Positions 1 through 9,448 of a stretch of DNA of 64,000 nucleotides are shown piece by piece. The stretch comes from Granulicella sp. (GTDB taxonomy: Bacteria; Acidobacteriota; Terriglobia; Terriglobales; Acidobacteriaceae). The notes beneath the pieces were generated by a model. That model was not told the origin of the DNA. It did no database searches and was given only the letters and a program-made list of their open reading frames with translations. The DNA is taken from NCBI GenBank assembly GCA_027339965.1, contig DAHWNL010000076.1, forward strand, positions 15,012 to 79,011. Reading direction: 5' to 3'. The position numbers were made by a program, and so were the translations under genes. How positions within the stretch are numbered: position 1 is the stretch's first letter; the number at the start of each line of letters is the position of its first letter.

Positions 1-1160
1 GCCGGCAGGGAGGGAGCTAGCCGGGTGGCATCGGGAAAAGCTGCCGTTGGGGGCTCAAGCTGGGCTTCAATCTGGACTTCAATCGAGCGCAGCGCTTCGC
101 CCTCCATGGCCCTGCGCTCGCCGTTCAGGCGATGCAGTTTCTCGGCCAGCGTCCGGGCCACGGAGGAATCGCGTGTGAGGAACAGCTCGACCACGTCGGA
201 GGCGATGTCCATTCGACCTGCCGCATTGATCCGGGGCGCCAGACGGAAAGCCACATCCTTCGCCGAGATTGGTCGACTTGTATCGATCTGAGCCAGTTCC
301 ATCAGGGCGCGGAGGCCGGGTTGGAGGGGCTGCCGGAGTTCCAGCAATCCCAGCGCGGCCAGAGTCCGGTTCTCTTCCGTCAACGGCACGGCATCGGCAA
401 TGGTTGCGATCGCCACCAGTTTGAGGAAGGAGGGAAGCATCTTCTCCCGCACCCGATTCCGGTCCGTGGCGTCGGCGGCGCTGTGCTCCAGCAGCGCCTG
501 CGCCAGCTTGAACGCCACGGCGGCCCCGCAGAGGTCCTTGCAGGGATAGGGGCAACCGGGCTGGTTCGGGTTCAGCACAGCAATCGCCTCCGGGACGACG
601 GCCTCTGCTCCCGGCCCTTCGGGCAGATGATGGTCGGTGACGATCAGATCCAGTCCCAGGCGCCGGGCCTCGGCAGCGGCCGCAAAGGCGCGTATGCCGG
701 TATCTACGCTTACCACCACCCGTACTCCCTCAGCCGCGGCCGCTTCGATGCGGGCATCCTGCATTCCATAGCCTTCGCGAACACGGTGAGGAATGTGATA
801 GCGAACATCGGCTTTGACGCCCAGCCAGGTTGCGGCGCGTTCCAGCGCGGTCTTGAGCAGCACCGTCGCCACGGTTCCGTCCACGTCATAGTCTCCGTAG
901 ATCAGCACCGGTTCCTTATGCTCAAGAGCGGCCTGCAGCCTGGCTACGGCCTTGCGCATTCCCAGCATCCTGCCGGGATCATGTAACTGCGCCGGCTCTG
1001 GATGCAGAAAGCTCTTAGCTGCCTGGAGCGTCACCATACCGCGGCGAAGGAGCAAGCGGGCGATCGGCTCGGGGATCTCCAGCGCCTGCGCCAACTCCGC
1101 TGAGGCTGCACTCTGCTGCGTGGCCACCACCCAAGCATCCTGAACCGGCTGACTACGCAC
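1..1160 (-). CDS. recJ: Single-stranded-DNA-specific exonuclease RecJ (3' end runs off the window)
   Basis: Absent from the ORF track. My manual minus-strand translation gives the DHH-family motifs IYGDYDVDG, REGYG, VSVDTGI, IVTDHH, ATIADAVPL and LAPRINAAGR. GTG start at 1160 is preceded by GGAGA. Confidence 0.93.
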   Translation of the reverse strand, partial: MRSQPVQDAWVVATQQSAASAELAQALEIPEPIARLLLRRGMVTLQAAKSFLHPEPAQLHDPGRMLGMRKAVARLQAALEHKEPVLIYGDYDVDGTVATVLLKTALERAATWLGVKADVRYHIPHRVREGYGMQDARIEAAAAEGVRVVVSVDTGIRAFAAAAEARRLGLDLIVTDHHLPEGPGAEAVVPEAIAVLNPNQPGCPYPCKDLCGAAVAFKLAQALLEHSAADATDRNRVREKMLPSFLKLVAIATIADAVPLTEENRTLAALGLLELRQPLQPGLRALMELAQIDTSRPISAKDVAFRLAPRINAAGRMDIASDVVELFLTRDSSVARTLAEKLHRLNGERRAMEGEALRSIEVQIEAQLEPPTAAFPDATRLAPSLP

Positions 1161-1418
1161 CGCGTCTCCCGGGCTCCTGTCCCATTTGTGACCTTACCCG
1201 CGCCGGAGATCCCCGCATGCCGGTCCAGAGGGACCAGACCAGAGCCGAGGCAGGTGAAAGCAGGGCGATCCCCCCGGGGACGAGCCTTGTTGGGAAGGTT
1301 CTGCGTCGGGCGTTGGTTCCTCCGTGGCGCCCTGCTGCAAAAGAATACCCAGCGAGGCTACCTCTTCACAAACGCGGGTCGAAAGCCGAGGGACCCGCCG
1401 GCCGTTCCTCTTCCGTCT

Positions 1419-1883
1419 CTATTCTTCGTCGCGATCATCCAAAAGGATCTGTCCCATATGGTCTGCCGCGGAGTTCATGAGGTCCTGGAAGACGTCATAC
1501 CACTCCGTGGCCGTCTCATAGAGGAAGATCACTCCACCGTGGGAGAATCCAAGTTGAAGATAGCCGGTCTTGCCAACGTGCTGCTGCAGGCTCTGGGCCT
1601 CCTCCAGTTCGGTGGTGTCTCCATCCGGGGAGGGATGGTCCCGTAGCTGGTTGATCAGGGCGGAAAGATCCTCCGGCTCCAGGATGACCTCGCTCATGGT
1701 GAGAAACGGCGTCTGGGCGGCCTTGGCGTGTTCCACAAAGTCCTTCCACCCGTCCACGTCGTCTTCTTCAAACAGAACGGTCGGCACGTTCTCCTGTACA
1801 TAGCCCTTCATGCGCCGCATCCCATGTCCGGCGATGAAGGCGACCATGTCGTCCTTAACTGCAGATAGATCATCAAACGCCAT
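1419..1883 (-). CDS. Hypothetical acidic protein (154 aa)
   Basis: Clean ORF with natural composition, divergent from the DUF507 pair; no recognisable motif. Confidence 0.75.
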   Translation of the reverse strand: MAFDDLSAVKDDMVAFIAGHGMRRMKGYVQENVPTVLFEEDDVDGWKDFVEHAKAAQTPFLTMSEVILEPEDLSALINQLRDHPSPDGDTTELEEAQSLQQHVGKTGYLQLGFSHGGVIFLYETATEWYDVFQDLMNSAADHMGQILLDDRDEE

Positions 1884-1953
1884 AGCCCTAATTCTCGCAG
1901 AAGTTCACCTTGCCTGACGCCCCAATCTCTGCGTGCTAACCTAAGAATTGCCC

Positions 1954-2232
1954 ATGATTTTCTCCAAAGATTACGTCAGCTACCTTGCCCGCCAGACCAG
2001 CAAACACCTGGTGGCCGCCAAGATGATCAAGACCGACAAGCCAGCCCTGCTCGATGAACGGCTCGCCAACGCTTTGATCGAAGAGCTGTCTCTGGAAGAT
2101 CGCATCAACGAGGAAGTTCGCGTCATTCTGGAAGCATTCCAGGACGATATGCTCAAAACCGGAGCCAGCTATCCCGAGATGTTCAAGAAGGTCAAGCAGG
2201 AGCTGGCCCGCAAGTACAAGGCGGTACTATGA
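1954..2232 (+). CDS. DUF507-family protein
   Basis: LIEELSLEDRINEEVRVIL and MFKKVKQELARKYKAVL resemble DUF507; its stop overlaps the next start (ATGA). Confidence 0.75.
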   Translation: MIFSKDYVSYLARQTSKHLVAAKMIKTDKPALLDERLANALIEELSLEDRINEEVRVILEAFQDDMLKTGASYPEMFKKVKQELARKYKAVL

Positions 2233-2549
2233 GCGCCATGCGCGGAACCCCCGATCTCAAGCCCACGTACACCACTCGCATCTCTGACGACAAGCTGAAC
2301 AAGCTGGCCCATACGGTAGCCGATACCCTGGCCGAGATCGATGAGGTCGACTTTCTGGAAGATCGCAATACGATCCGCCAGGAGGCTCGCCGCGTGTTGA
2401 CCAAGCTCCTGCTGGAAGAGGTAAAGATCGATGCCGCAGCGCGGCAGAAGATCGCCTCCCAGCGCCGCATCATTCCGGAGGGATCCCAGGAGTGGGACAT
2501 CCTGTACCGCAAGTACTACAACGATGAGGTGAAAAAACTGGGTATTTGA
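2229..2549 (+). CDS. DUF507-family protein (second paralogue)
   Basis: ARQKIASQRRIIPEGSQEWDILYRKYY is typical of DUF507; translationally coupled to the upstream ORF. Confidence 0.78.
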   Translation: MSAMRGTPDLKPTYTTRISDDKLNKLAHTVADTLAEIDEVDFLEDRNTIRQEARRVLTKLLLEEVKIDAAARQKIASQRRIIPEGSQEWDILYRKYYNDEVKKLGI

Positions 2550-2617
2550 GAGGCAGAAGCAGCGAGACCCATCATGGACTGGCATGACCCGCCACTCTTC
2601 TACAGCCCCGCGGCTTT

Positions 2618-2626
2618 TGCTATACT
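2618..2626 (+). promoter_or_regulatory. Extended -10 element (TGcTATACT) of the tRNA-Glu promoter
   Basis: TGn-TATACT lies about 35 nt upstream of the tRNA 5' end. Confidence 0.5.
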
Positions 2627-2660
2627 GTACTGGTTGCAATGGATTCCCCCATCCGTCTAA

Positions 2661-2737
2661 GGCGTTATGGTGTAACTGGTTAACACGTCGCCCTCTCAAG
2701 GCGAAGAGTCCGGGTTCGAGCCCCGGTAACGCTACCA
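2661..2737 (+). tRNA. tRNA-Glu (anticodon CTC)
   Basis: Acceptor stem GGCGTTA/TAACGCT, anticodon arm TCGCC-CT-CTC-AA-GGCGA, T arm CCGGG-TTCGAGC-CCCGG, encoded CCA. Confidence 0.97.
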
Positions 2738-3056
2738 AAAAGCAGGAAAATCAAAAATTTAGATCGAGGCGCCGCGATGGTGCGGGCGATGTTTTCTGCC
2801 TTGGTGGCGCTGTTTGGTGGCGCCTTTGTACGAATTTGGGTGTCGCTTGTGGCGGCACTTCGCTCTATGGACCGTTTCCGGTAACGGCGATGTGTGGCGC
2901 GGCCCGACGCCAAGTCAGAGGCCCGGGAGGTCCTTGATTCTTTCCAGCGGAGGTGGGCAGCCGTTCCGGGCCACGGACTGCACCCGGGGCTACCCAGCTT
3001 CCGCCGATGAAAGAGATCCACGATTGGCAACTCTTCGAAGTCTTCCTGACCGCGGC

Positions 3057-4094
3057 TCAGCCCTTCGGTTGCAGTCCCCTAATCACCTCGAAGAGGTCTT
3101 CGCCAACGGTTCTGTTCTTGGCGATGGCGTCTTCGAGTGGAATGTCTGTAATTCGGTTGCCTTGCAGCACCACCAGGCGGCCCGACTTACCCTGATGCAC
3201 CAGGTCGATGGCGGCCACCCCGTAGCGCGTAGCCAGCATGCGGTCATAGGCTGTCGGCGTTCCGCCGCGCTGGGTGTGTCCCAGGTTGACGCTGCGGGTC
3301 TCATAGCCGGTGCGCTTTTCGATCTCCTCGGCCAGGGCCTGGCCAATACCGCTCAGCCTCGCGTGGCCAAAGGAGTCCAGCTTCGCGCCGAGGGTTGCCT
3401 GTCCGGCGGCCTCTGACAGCTTGGCTCCTTCGGCTACCACCACTAGCGCAAAGCGTTTGCCGCTTGCCCAGCGGGCGCGCAGCAGACGAACGACTTCGTC
3501 CATGTCGATCGGCTTCTCCGGCGCCAGAATCACGTCGGCTCCGCCCGCGATTCCGGAGGTCACGGCGATCCAGCCGGCGTCGCGTCCCATCACTTCCACA
3601 ACCTGCACGCGGCTGTGCGCTTCGGTGGTCGAGTGCAGACGGTCTATTGCCTCGGTAGCGATGGACACCGCCGTATCGAAGCCGAAACAGACATCGGTTC
3701 CGCTCAAGTCATTGTCGATGGTCTTGGGGACTCCGACACAGTGGACTCCCCGCTTGACCAACTCCACGGAGATCGACTGCGTATCATCCCCGCCCATGGC
3801 GATCAGCGCATCCAGCTTGTGCCGTTGAATCGTGGCCAGGCAGTTTTCGAAACCGCCTGGAATCTTCTTCACGTTGGTTCGCGAGGAGCGCAGGATAGTT
3901 CCTCCGCGGTGCAGAATTCCGCTGGTGGTGTGCAGGTCGAGCGGCATCGTATGGTCCTCGATCACGCCTCTCCATCCCTCCAGGAATCCAACAAATTCAT
4001 CCCCGTAGTGGGAGATGCCCTTGCGCACCACTGCCCGAATCACCGCGTTCAATCCCGGGCAATCCCCTCCGCCTGTCAACATGCCGATTCGCAT
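3057..4094 (-). CDS. pfkA: 6-phosphofructokinase (PfkA family, probably PPi-dependent)
   Basis: Motifs LTGGGDCPGLN, GGDD, PKTIDND, EVMGR and LGHTQRGG; AGGAGG precedes the ATG at 4094. Confidence 0.93.
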   Translation of the reverse strand: MRIGMLTGGGDCPGLNAVIRAVVRKGISHYGDEFVGFLEGWRGVIEDHTMPLDLHTTSGILHRGGTILRSSRTNVKKIPGGFENCLATIQRHKLDALIAMGGDDTQSISVELVKRGVHCVGVPKTIDNDLSGTDVCFGFDTAVSIATEAIDRLHSTTEAHSRVQVVEVMGRDAGWIAVTSGIAGGADVILAPEKPIDMDEVVRLLRARWASGKRFALVVVAEGAKLSEAAGQATLGAKLDSFGHARLSGIGQALAEEIEKRTGYETRSVNLGHTQRGGTPTAYDRMLATRYGVAAIDLVHQGKSGRLVVLQGNRITDIPLEDAIAKNRTVGEDLFEVIRGLQPKG

Positions 4095-4496
4095 CTTTTG
4101 CCTCCTGAGCAACTCGAAGCTTATGATAACGCGGCGCAAGGTGGAAGTTCTGCGGCAGGCGCTGCGCCTAGCCTGTGTGCGCCCATCGCCCAGCGTCTCT
4201 CGCACGCAGCCTTCGACAGAGATCTTTTAGCAGCCTGCCCCGGAGCCCGAGAGTGACGGCACGCCGGACAGCGAGGATACCCGTGGATGCCGAAGGTCTT
4301 CGATTTTTTCCCTGGCGCGTCCCGGCTGAAGGCAGCGGCCTCCTTCAAGGTGTCGGCGGAGATTTTTCTCAGGGCGGGCAGCCTGCCTTTGCGGGTTCGA
4401 GGTCGAACTCTCAGCTACCGGTCTGGCTGAAGCTCGCATGGCTTGGCTCCCATGGCTTGGTTGACGCCATCGGAGAGCCTCTGCGAGACTCGAATT

Positions 4497-5210
4497 ATGT
4501 CCTATACCGGTCGAGTGGAACTGGCCCAGGAGCGCAAGTTGCGCAGCAGCAATACGCGCCTTTACCGCGCCGCGCACTGGCCTCTTTGGATCTGGGTGTT
4601 CTTCCTTGCCCCTGGTCCGCTGACGTTCAGATTGTTTGCCAAAGGTGTTCATCCCGGCAATCTGCTCTGGCTGGCGGTGGTGATGGTGGCCACCGGCATT
4701 GCTGCGATCCGCGGAAGCCTGCCCGGGGCCGAGCCGAGACCTTACATCTTGCGCTTCGACGAAGATAAGCCCAACCCTCTGTACCGCCGGGTCTGCTACA
4801 CCTTTGCCTGGAATGCGGTGCTCAGCTTTGCTCTGCTGAACCTGAGCGGGCTTCTGGTGGCGGTGATAAGCGGAGTCTGGTATCTGAAACAGATCTATGA
4901 CTACGGTTATATCCCGCTCGGCCTGCTGATTCTTCTTCTTGGCGCCACGGGCAAGCTGCCCCGGGTGCGACCTTCGACCCGAGGGGAGGGGACGGAGCGG
5001 CGATACTTTTACGGCTCGGTCTGGTCCGTTACCTTGGCTCAAACGATCCTGTTGGTGTTGTGGAAGCTGTTGCCGCGCACCCACAGCGCGGATCAAGTGA
5101 AGCTTGCAGCGTATGTCGCAGTGCTGACCCTGGCTGGTCTGGCTGCCTGGCGAGGACTGTTCCCACGGACTCGCCCCATCCTGCCTGGCGAGTCCATGGT
5201 CGCCGACTGA
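4497..5210 (+). CDS. Hypothetical multi-pass membrane protein
   Basis: About six hydrophobic segments; ATG at 4497 chosen as start. Confidence 0.72.
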   Translation: MSYTGRVELAQERKLRSSNTRLYRAAHWPLWIWVFFLAPGPLTFRLFAKGVHPGNLLWLAVVMVATGIAAIRGSLPGAEPRPYILRFDEDKPNPLYRRVCYTFAWNAVLSFALLNLSGLLVAVISGVWYLKQIYDYGYIPLGLLILLLGATGKLPRVRPSTRGEGTERRYFYGSVWSVTLAQTILLVLWKLLPRTHSADQVKLAAYVAVLTLAGLAAWRGLFPRTRPILPGESMVAD

Positions 5211-5253
5211 ATTGCCTCCGCAGAGGTGGAGGAACGGCCTCTGTTTCTGGACT

Positions 5254-5369
5254 CCATAGCTTTTTAAGTGTTGTTCGATCATTCGAGACCGGCTTGCTGA
5301 AGCATCTCACGGGCGAAAACGCCCTTTGAGTTTGAGCATCGGGAGATGCCTAAACGGAAAGGGCTGCGG
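5254..5369 (+). repeat. Degenerate copy of the ~117-bp dispersed palindromic element
   Basis: ccATAGCtTTTtaAGTGTTG...GAAAACGCCC...GAAAG aligns colinearly with the copy at 50618; 17 of the first 20 nt are identical. Confidence 0.55.
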
Positions 5370-5565
5370 CCCGCGGCGGAAAAGCAGGCGTTTCGTCACC
5401 CTCATCTTGAACTTTCAGCGGGCAACGGAAGGCAGCTGGGCGTCACCCGGACAGGGTGAAAGCAGGGCTGAGCCTCTGTGTCTGCGGAGGTAAATTGCAT
5501 CGCAAATCGTGTAAACTTTGCTTCTCTGCGTTCCTTCCCAGTGGTAGCGATTGGAGACATCCGGA

Positions 5566-8500
5566 ATGCCGCCGAAGACCCTTGTCCTGCGGAAACTTCT
5601 GCTATGCGTGCTGTGCTTCTCTCTTCTCTGCCCCATGTCCCTGGCGCAGCAGAGCGGCGGCGCTGGATCCACCGACCACTTAGCCTTTCGTTTCGCCGGG
5701 CCGCAGCAGGGAAACCGGGTCTCAGCCTTTGCCGGCCTTCCTGGAGACGACAACACCTACTATGCCGGTGCGGCCTCCGGGGGCTTATGGAAGACGACTG
5801 ACGGCGGCAACGACTGGAGTCCCGTCTTTGACAAGCAATCCGTTGCGGCCATCGGATCGATCGCCATTGCCATGTCCGATCCCAATCTCATCTGGGTGGG
5901 GACGGGCGATCCTTATGTGATTCGCGGCGGCAGCGTTCCCGGGGACGGGGTTTACAAGTCGCAAGATGCCGGCAAGACCTGGCAGCACATGGGTCTGGAC
6001 AAGACCGGACGAATCGCCCGGGTGCTGCTCAATCCGAGCGACCCCAATGAGGTGTATGCCTGCGCCGAGGGCCGCGACACCGGACCACAGCAGGAGCGCG
6101 GCGTCTTTCGCTCCATGGATGGCGGCGTTACCTGGCAGCGTGTGCTCTTTGTGGACGAGAATACCGGCTGCTCCGGGCTGAACTTCGACCCCCAGAATCC
6201 GCGCACCCTATTTGCAGGCATGTGGCAGGTGGTGATGCAGCCCTGGGGCTTCTTTAGTGGTGGGCCGGGCAGCGGAGTCTATGTCTCCCACGACGGTGGC
6301 GCAACCTGGAAGCATCTGGTAGGCCACGGCCTTCCCCACTCGCCCCTGGGCAAGATCGATGTTGTGGTTGCGCCGACGGATCAGAACCGGGTTTACGCTC
6401 TCATCGAAACGCGCGACCAGGGCTCGCTTTGGCGGTCGGACGACGGCGGCGACCAATGGAAGGCCGTCTCCTGGGATCGCACGCTGATCGAACGCGGAGG
6501 GTACTATGGCACGCTGGCTGTCTCGCCCACGGATGAGAACAAGATCTTTGTGGCCAACAGCACCTTCATGGTCTCCCCGGATGGTGGGTATACCTTCCAG
6601 GCGACGGACTGGGGTGGCGACAATCACGACATCTGGTGGGATCCGAAGAATCCCAAGCACTTCGCCATCACCTTCGATGAGGGCATCGACATCACCACTA
6701 GCGCCGGGAGCGGCTTCCAGTACGTGACGCTGCCGGTCGGCCAGATGTATCACGTAGCTGTGGACGACCAGATTCCCTACGAGATTTACACCAACATGCA
6801 GGACGCCACCACCATGCGCTTCCCCAGTCTCCCGCTCAGTGAAGACGATCCCAACGCGGGCTTCAATCGTGGCATGGGTGGCTGCGAGTCCGGCTATGTC
6901 ATGCCCGACCCTACGGATCCAACCATCGTCTGGGCCAGTTGTTACGGGGACGAGGTCACGCGCTGGGATGCCAAGATCTTCGAGGCCCGGTCCGTGGGCC
7001 CATGGTTCCATACAATGGATGCAGCGCCCAATCAGATTAAGTACCGCTGCCACTGGACTCCCCCGCTGGCCATCGATCCTTTTGATCACAACACCGTCTA
7101 TTACGGCTGCCAGGCTGTCTTCAAAACTATCAATGGAGGGCAGAGCTGGACGCTGATGGGGCCCGACCTGTCCACGCGCGATCCATCCAAACTGCTCTCC
7201 TCGGGTGGTTTGATCGGGGATAATCTGGGCCAGTTTTACGATGAGGTGGTCTACGCGCTGGCTCCTTCCAGCGTGCAGAGGGGGCTGCTTTGGGCTGGCA
7301 CGAATGATGGCAAGGTCTGGTACACGCCGGATGGCGGAGGGCACTGGAACGACGTGACCGCCAATATTCCAGCACTACCCTCCGAGAGTGTCGTCAGCAG
7401 TATCCAGCCCTCGTTCTTCGATGCTGGCACAGCGTATGTCTCCATCGATCGTCATCTGCTCGACGATAGCGACCCTTACATCTACAAGACAACCGACTTT
7501 GGCAAGACCTGGACCAGGATCTCCAACAGTCTGCCCCGAAGCTCACTCTCCTACGTTCTGGACATCGCAGAGGATCCCAACTGCAAGGGCCTGCTCTTCG
7601 CCGGGGAGGGTAACGCGCTGTACTACTCGCTCAACGACGGCCAAAGCTGGACCCAATTCAACAAGGGCCTGCCGCCTTCGCCGGTGACCTGGAGCGTGGT
7701 GCAGAGACGGTTCCACGACCTGGTGGTCTCGACGTATGGCCGGGGCATATACATTCTGGACGACATCTCGCCGCTGGAGCAGATGGCGCACGAGGCCAAA
7801 ACGCCCGAAGCCGGCAAAGGGACTCGTTTCTTCACTCCCCGTCCCACTTACCGGCTCCTGCACGGCGCGAATGTATTTTTCGACTATTCGCTGCGCGCTG
7901 CGCCCACCAAGCCGGTGAAGCTGGAGATCTTTGATGCTAAAGGAGGCCTGGTCCGCTCGATCACCACAACGGGCCATGCCGGCCTGAATCGCATTGCTTG
8001 GAACATGCACTACGACAAGCCGCGCCAGGTTTTGCTGCGCACGCTTCCTCCGGAGAATCCGCACATCTTTTACACTGGCAGATTTTATGACAAGGCAGAT
8101 CGTCCGGTGACCCACTGGGGCATGTACGATATGCCTTCACCCATGGCCGCGCCGGGGAACTATACGGCCAAGCTGACCGCGGAAGGAGAGACCGACTCCC
8201 GGCCGGTGGTGATTCTGGCAGATCCCAAGAGTCCCGGATCGCCGCAGCAGATCCAGGCTTCGGTCAAGCTGCAACTGCAAATTGGCTCGGAGATCGACAA
8301 GGTCTCCGCCATGGTGAATCACATCGAATGGATGCGCCAGCAGCTTGCGGTGGTTGAGGGCATGCTGCGCGAGCAGAAGAGTGAAGCTGCGCTGGCAAAG
8401 GCGGCGCAGGTCGCAGACGAGCAGATGCAAGATGTGGAGTATGAGCTGCTCTCCAAGTCGCTGGCCGCCGGCGATGACAAGTCATTTCTCTCGGCCTGGA

Positions 8501-8745
8501 AGATTTACTACAATCTGGTCTGGCTGGAAGCCCAAGTGGGTTCCGGGGCCGGCGATGTGGCGGGAGGAACCGACTACGCTCCCACGGATACGGAGTACTC
8601 GCTGTTCAAGTTGATTGAGCAGAAGCTGGCCAAAGCCGAAGAGGACTACCACCGGCTGATGAGCCAACAGCTTCCGGCGTTCAATCGAGTTCTGCTGGCG
8701 CACAACATCACGCCCATCAGCGATGCCGGCAGCCCGCATCCTTAG
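5566..8745 (+). CDS. Secreted BNR/Asp-box repeat (VPS10/sortilin-like beta-propeller) glycosyl-hydrolase-like protein
   Basis: Signal peptide followed by many S/T-x-D-G-G-x-T/S-W Asp boxes (TTDGGNDW, SQDAGKTW, SMDGGVTW, SHDGGATW, SDDGGDQW, TTDFGKTW) and a helical C-terminal tail. Confidence 0.85.
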   Translation: MPPKTLVLRKLLLCVLCFSLLCPMSLAQQSGGAGSTDHLAFRFAGPQQGNRVSAFAGLPGDDNTYYAGAASGGLWKTTDGGNDWSPVFDKQSVAAIGSIAIAMSDPNLIWVGTGDPYVIRGGSVPGDGVYKSQDAGKTWQHMGLDKTGRIARVLLNPSDPNEVYACAEGRDTGPQQERGVFRSMDGGVTWQRVLFVDENTGCSGLNFDPQNPRTLFAGMWQVVMQPWGFFSGGPGSGVYVSHDGGATWKHLVGHGLPHSPLGKIDVVVAPTDQNRVYALIETRDQGSLWRSDDGGDQWKAVSWDRTLIERGGYYGTLAVSPTDENKIFVANSTFMVSPDGGYTFQATDWGGDNHDIWWDPKNPKHFAITFDEGIDITTSAGSGFQYVTLPVGQMYHVAVDDQIPYEIYTNMQDATTMRFPSLPLSEDDPNAGFNRGMGGCESGYVMPDPTDPTIVWASCYGDEVTRWDAKIFEARSVGPWFHTMDAAPNQIKYRCHWTPPLAIDPFDHNTVYYGCQAVFKTINGGQSWTLMGPDLSTRDPSKLLSSGGLIGDNLGQFYDEVVYALAPSSVQRGLLWAGTNDGKVWYTPDGGGHWNDVTANIPALPSESVVSSIQPSFFDAGTAYVSIDRHLLDDSDPYIYKTTDFGKTWTRISNSLPRSSLSYVLDIAEDPNCKGLLFAGEGNALYYSLNDGQSWTQFNKGLPPSPVTWSVVQRRFHDLVVSTYGRGIYILDDISPLEQMAHEAKTPEAGKGTRFFTPRPTYRLLHGANVFFDYSLRAAPTKPVKLEIFDAKGGLVRSITTTGHAGLNRIAWNMHYDKPRQVLLRTLPPENPHIFYTGRFYDKADRPVTHWGMYDMPSPMAAPGNYTAKLTAEGETDSRPVVILADPKSPGSPQQIQASVKLQLQIGSEIDKVSAMVNHIEWMRQQLAVVEGMLREQKSEAALAKAAQVADEQMQDVEYELLSKSLAAGDDKSFLSAWKIYYNLVWLEAQVGSGAGDVAGGTDYAPTDTEYSLFKLIEQKLAKAEEDYHRLMSQQLPAFNRVLLAHNITPISDAGSPHP

Positions 8746-8880
8746 ACGGCGAGCCTTGCTCAAAGTTTCTTGAGATGTCTCTCTCGCTTCAAACAATTCG
8801 GCACGCCAGGGCCTGCCCCGCTTGCGCCGGAGAGAGTGTTGCCTGCGCAGGATGGTGGCTCTGCGGCAGGGGTCGATTTC

Positions 8881-8956
8881 CTGAGCATAGCGGAGCATCC
8901 TGAGCATAGCGGAGCATCCTGGGCATAGCGGAGCAAGCTGGGCATAGCGGAGCAAA
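8881..8956 (+). repeat. Four tandem 19-bp direct repeats, CTG(A/G)GCATAGCGGAGCA(TC/AG/AA)
   Basis: Read directly: ctgagcatagcggagcatc twice, then ctgggcatagcggagcaag and ctgggcatagcggagcaaa. Confidence 0.92.
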
Positions 8957-8960
8957 GGAG

Positions 8961-8969
8961 TGTTAGAAT
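8961..8969 (+). promoter_or_regulatory. Extended -10 element (TGtTAGAAT), putative cspA promoter
   Basis: TGn-TAGAAT lies about 115 nt upstream of the cspA ATG, consistent with the long 5' UTRs of csp genes. Confidence 0.5.
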
Positions 8970-9084
8970 ACGAGAGATCGTCGAATCCGACCTGGTGTCC
9001 TTGCCTGTTCCGCTTCATCGCTAAACTTGCAAATCGTCCCACCCGAGAGTTCAGCGATACATTGATTCAGAAGGAAGCAAAGAT

Positions 9085-9285
9085 ATGGAACAGGGAACCG
9101 TGAAGTGGTTTAACGACGCAAAGGGCTTTGGATTTCTCAGCAGGCCGAATGGCGAGGATGTCTTCGTACATTTCTCCGCAATTCAGAGCAACGGCTTTCG
9201 GTCATTGCAGGAGGGTCAGGCCGTCCAGTTCAACGTGGTCAAAGGACCCAAAGGCTGGCAGGCAGAGAACGTTCAACCTCTCTAA
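9085..9285 (+). CDS. cspA: Cold-shock protein
   Basis: GTVKWFN, RNP1 KGFGFL and RNP2 VFVHF; 66 aa. Confidence 0.96.
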   Translation: MEQGTVKWFNDAKGFGFLSRPNGEDVFVHFSAIQSNGFRSLQEGQAVQFNVVKGPKGWQAENVQPL

Positions 9286-9294
9286 GCAGAGATG

Positions 9295-9338
9295 AAGACA
9301 AAAGCGGGAAGAACGAACGTTCTTCCCGCTTTTGTCTT
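9295..9338. terminator. Bidirectional rho-independent terminator
   Basis: Perfect 21-bp inverted repeat AAGACAAAAGCGGGAAGAACG-aa-CGTTCTTCCCGCTTTTGTCTT between the convergent cspA and aldehyde dehydrogenase genes. Confidence 0.85.
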
Positions 9339-9448
9339 GGGGCAAGGTCTCTCATTGCTTCTTCAGGGCCGCGGGTATCTCGGAACGGGTGGGTCTCGGA
9401 TTCTTCATTTTGGTAGACGCCGATGGATGCGTCGGTTCTCGATAGAGT

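Noticed and set aside
132..986. 284-aa + strand ORF and other ORF-track entries in 1-1143
   Set aside because: They are antisense shadows of recJ, whose motifs are clear on the minus strand.
2723..2890. CCGGTAACG repeated downstream of tRNA-Glu as a possible att site
   Set aside because: Only 9 bp, with no integrase or island-like cargo; compatible with chance.
1253..5468. 14-mer GGTGAAAGCAGGGC at 1253 and 5455, with a similar string near 38530
   Set aside because: Several 14-mer matches are expected by chance in 64 kb of GC-rich DNA, and the flanks do not align.
8881..8956. Tandem array as a CRISPR array or plasmid iteron origin
   Set aside because: There are no unique spacers, cas genes, rep gene or adjacent AT-rich unwinding region; kept only as a tandem repeat.
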